A DNA stretch of 37,985 nt from a bacterium (GTDB lineage Bacteria > SZUA-182 > DTGQ01): positions 1-37,985 of the forward strand of contig JBFMGO010000047.1 in the NCBI GenBank assembly GCA_040752695.1. The letters run 5' to 3'. Each line of letters begins with the position of its first letter. Position 1 is the stretch's first letter. Under the pieces are notes generated by a model. That model was not told where the DNA came from. It searched no databases and saw only the letters and a program-made list of their open reading frames with translations. Both the position numbers and the translations under genes were made by a program. Positions 36,232 to 37,985 of the stretch are shown here, in pieces.

Positions 36232-37332
36232 TCAAAAGGGAACCAACTCATATTCCCGTGTCCCGAGGCCGATCTGTGCCCCATAGTTGAGCTGGATACT
36301 CCAGTCCACCGTGGGATGCACCCCGCGAAACTTATCGCCCCCCTTGCCAAAACCCTTCTTTAAAGCCGTCCGCTTGATCCCTTCACTCGCGTTGACCAGA
36401 TCCACCGATGCCTGATCAATAGCTACAGGGTCATGTGATGCCATTATTCCCAGATGCGGCACAATGGGCACATCGGAATGCTGACAGCAATCACAATCAG
36501 GAGTGACATTGATAATGAAGTTAATATAAAGGACAGCGATGTTCAGCACCCTGGTTATCCCGTAAACATGCTCGCAGATCTTCTCCTGGACATTGTGTAC
36601 GGATTCATTCCAGCGTATGCGTATGGCCTTGTTCGGACAATTGACCAGACATTGGCCACACCCCGCGCATTTTTCCGAATCAATCCAGGCCCGCCCCTCC
36701 TGCAGATACATTGCCTCAAAGGCACAACGCGCGGTGCATAAACCGCATCCCTGGCAGCTTTTCGCAATGTAGGGAGCAACTGTCGAATGCATGGAAAGCT
36801 TGCCCCCTTTGGAAGCAAGACCCATACCCATATTCTTCAGCGCCCCTCCGAAACCGGTTAACTCATGCCCCTTGAAGTGAGACAGACAGATAACGCTGTC
36901 AGCGGAAAAAACCGCTGAAGCGATCTCAACCTCACGGTAGTGCTTCAAGTCGACCGTCACCCTGCGAATGCTTTCACCCCGGACCCCATCGGCAATAATA
37001 ATCGGAGCACCAATAACGGAATAGGAGAAGCCATTCGCTATCGCAGTTTCTATGTGACTTATGGCCTCGGCCCGTCCTCCGACATACACGCTGTTAGAGT
37101 CGGTTAGAAACGGTTTTCCACCCCGCTTTTTTACCTCGTCCACCAGGGCTTTGACGAATTTGGGATGGATATACCCCCAGCATCCTCTTTCACCAAAGTG
37201 GAGCTTCATTGCCGTCAAGCCGCTCAACTGCACTCTGTTGTTTTCCGGCATGTCGAGCAGTGAAGCCAGCTTTTGGAAAAGATTGCTTTTTACCGACGAT
37301 TGTAAATCGATAAAGAAAACTTTTGATGACAA
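36232..37332 (-). CDS. DUF362 Fe-S protein with inserted ferredoxin domain
   Basis: KLHFGE, PFLTD, IIIADG, HFKGH...GFGGALKN.GMG, two CxxCxxCxxxC motifs, PDCDC, DPVAIDQA. Confidence 0.92.
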   Translation of the reverse strand: MSSKVFFIDLQSSVKSNLFQKLASLLDMPENNRVQLSGLTAMKLHFGERGCWGYIHPKFVKALVDEVKKRGGKPFLTDSNSVYVGGRAEAISHIETAIANGFSYSVIGAPIIIADGVRGESIRRVTVDLKHYREVEIASAVFSADSVICLSHFKGHELTGFGGALKNMGMGLASKGGKLSMHSTVAPYIAKSCQGCGLCTARCAFEAMYLQEGRAWIDSEKCAGCGQCLVNCPNKAIRIRWNESVHNVQEKICEHVYGITRVLNIAVLYINFIINVTPDCDCCQHSDVPIVPHLGIMASHDPVAIDQASVDLVNASEGIKRTALKKGFGKGGDKFRGVHPTVDWSIQLNYGAQIGLGTREYELVPF

Positions 37333-37400
37333 ACCTTAACGATGCCTCCTACCCTCAAAAGGTTCAGGGATTAAAAAAAATGCCAATTCCCTGAACGGTG

Positions 37401-37619
37401 CTATTTCTCAGAAGTGCTTTTCTCCTCAATCTCCTTTTTCGTGGCATCGGTGATTTTCTCCCGCGCCTCTTTCTCTGCGCCTGATGAGGTTGCATCCTTA
37501 AAATTGCGAATCGCTTTCCCAAGGCCGTGGCCGATTTCAGGCAGTTTACCAGCCCCGAAAATAATCAAAACGATTACCAGGATAACCAACAGTTCCGCCA
37601 TGCCAATTCCAAAGGGCAT
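37401..37619 (-). CDS. tatA: Twin-arginine translocase subunit TatA
   Basis: [38 protein letters not shown] before ATG 37619. Confidence 0.95.
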   Translation of the reverse strand: MPFGIGMAELLVILVIVLIIFGAGKLPEIGHGLGKAIRNFKDATSSGAEKEAREKITDATKKEIEEKSTSEK

Positions 37620-37683
37620 ATGCCAATCCTCCCTTCCAGTGAAACACTGACCCTGCAATCAAGCATTAAAGGTTAGAAGAACT

Positions 37684-37766
37684 TAAAAGGCAATGACTCT
37701 AAGGTTGCCGATTGATGAAATAATCCGGAGCTCTTTAAAACTCTTCCTTTGGTCATTTGCCTTTTA
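37684..37766 (-). ncRNA. Candidate structured leader upstream of tatA
   Basis: 14-bp closing stem UAAAAGGCAA(A)UGAC / GUCAUUGCCUUUUA enclosing AAGG/CCUU and two small hairpins. Confidence 0.35.
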
Positions 37767-37931
37767 TCTGATAATACCATAATTGCGTTCAAAATAAAAA
37801 TATTATATGGGTATTCGGGGTGCTCCGTACGTTACTCCCTCATTACCATCGGAAGAGGGGGTAGTGTTAAACAAGTAATGCTGAGTTAAAATTCCAGATA
37901 AAGTATTTGATAGCTCGAAAATGGTTATCTT

Positions 37932-37985
37932 CTATTTTCGAGAATGACAAGGTTTCACGCACCAGCCTTGAAATCCTTTGCCGTA
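37932..37985 (-). CDS. Possible 3' end of a gene entering from the right edge (...YGKGFQGWCVKPCHSRK*)
   Basis: Open frame to TAG at 37932 with a CX3CH motif and an overlapping hairpin (37914-37942). Only 17 codons are visible. Confidence 0.3.
   Translation of the reverse strand, partial: YGKGFQGWCVKPCHSRK

Noticed and set aside
37684..37712. c-di-GMP-I riboswitch resemblance (AAAAGGCAA..UCUAAGG..UUGCCG on the plus strand)
   Set aside because: Lacks the GAAA-capped stem and GACGCAAAGC junction, is far too compressed, and is on the wrong strand for tatA.

Overview
Bacterial chromosomal window, probably from an anaerobic diderm. The gene order resembles Desulfobacterota/Nitrospinota-type genomes, which is an inference. 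Most of it is housekeeping: rpsB-tsf-pyrH-frr, tgt-yajC-(HD)-secD-secF, a type IIA Ca2+ P-type ATPase, larBC, galT, pgeF-proC-yggT-divIVA-DUF167-mtnA-(short glmU)-MinD/FlhG-like ATPase-J/HTH protein, a response regulator, ferredoxin, DUF362 and tatA. Three parts stand out. (1) A stand-alone Ni,Fe-CO dehydrogenase gene (cooS, 20667-22925) behind a sigma54-type promoter. It keeps all catalytic ligands but also carries a twin-arginine export signal, a CxxCH haem-c motif, an unusually spaced D-cluster loop and a C-terminal dockerin-like domain. This predicts an exported, scaffold-docking CODH and is the best candidate for a new system. (2) An envelope operon of ccsB-ccsA, a large outer-membrane beta-barrel, a CsgG/PelC-fold lipoprotein and an NHL-propeller lipoprotein, divergent from a secreted GGY-repeat low-complexity protein. 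(3) Unannotated small elements: a 45-aa secreted micropeptide, candidate structured RNAs at 1769-1968 and upstream of tatA, a probable leaderless larB transcript, and many short tandem duplications. I found no CRISPR array, tRNA, rRNA or transposase. All calls are by-eye motif recognition without database searches.
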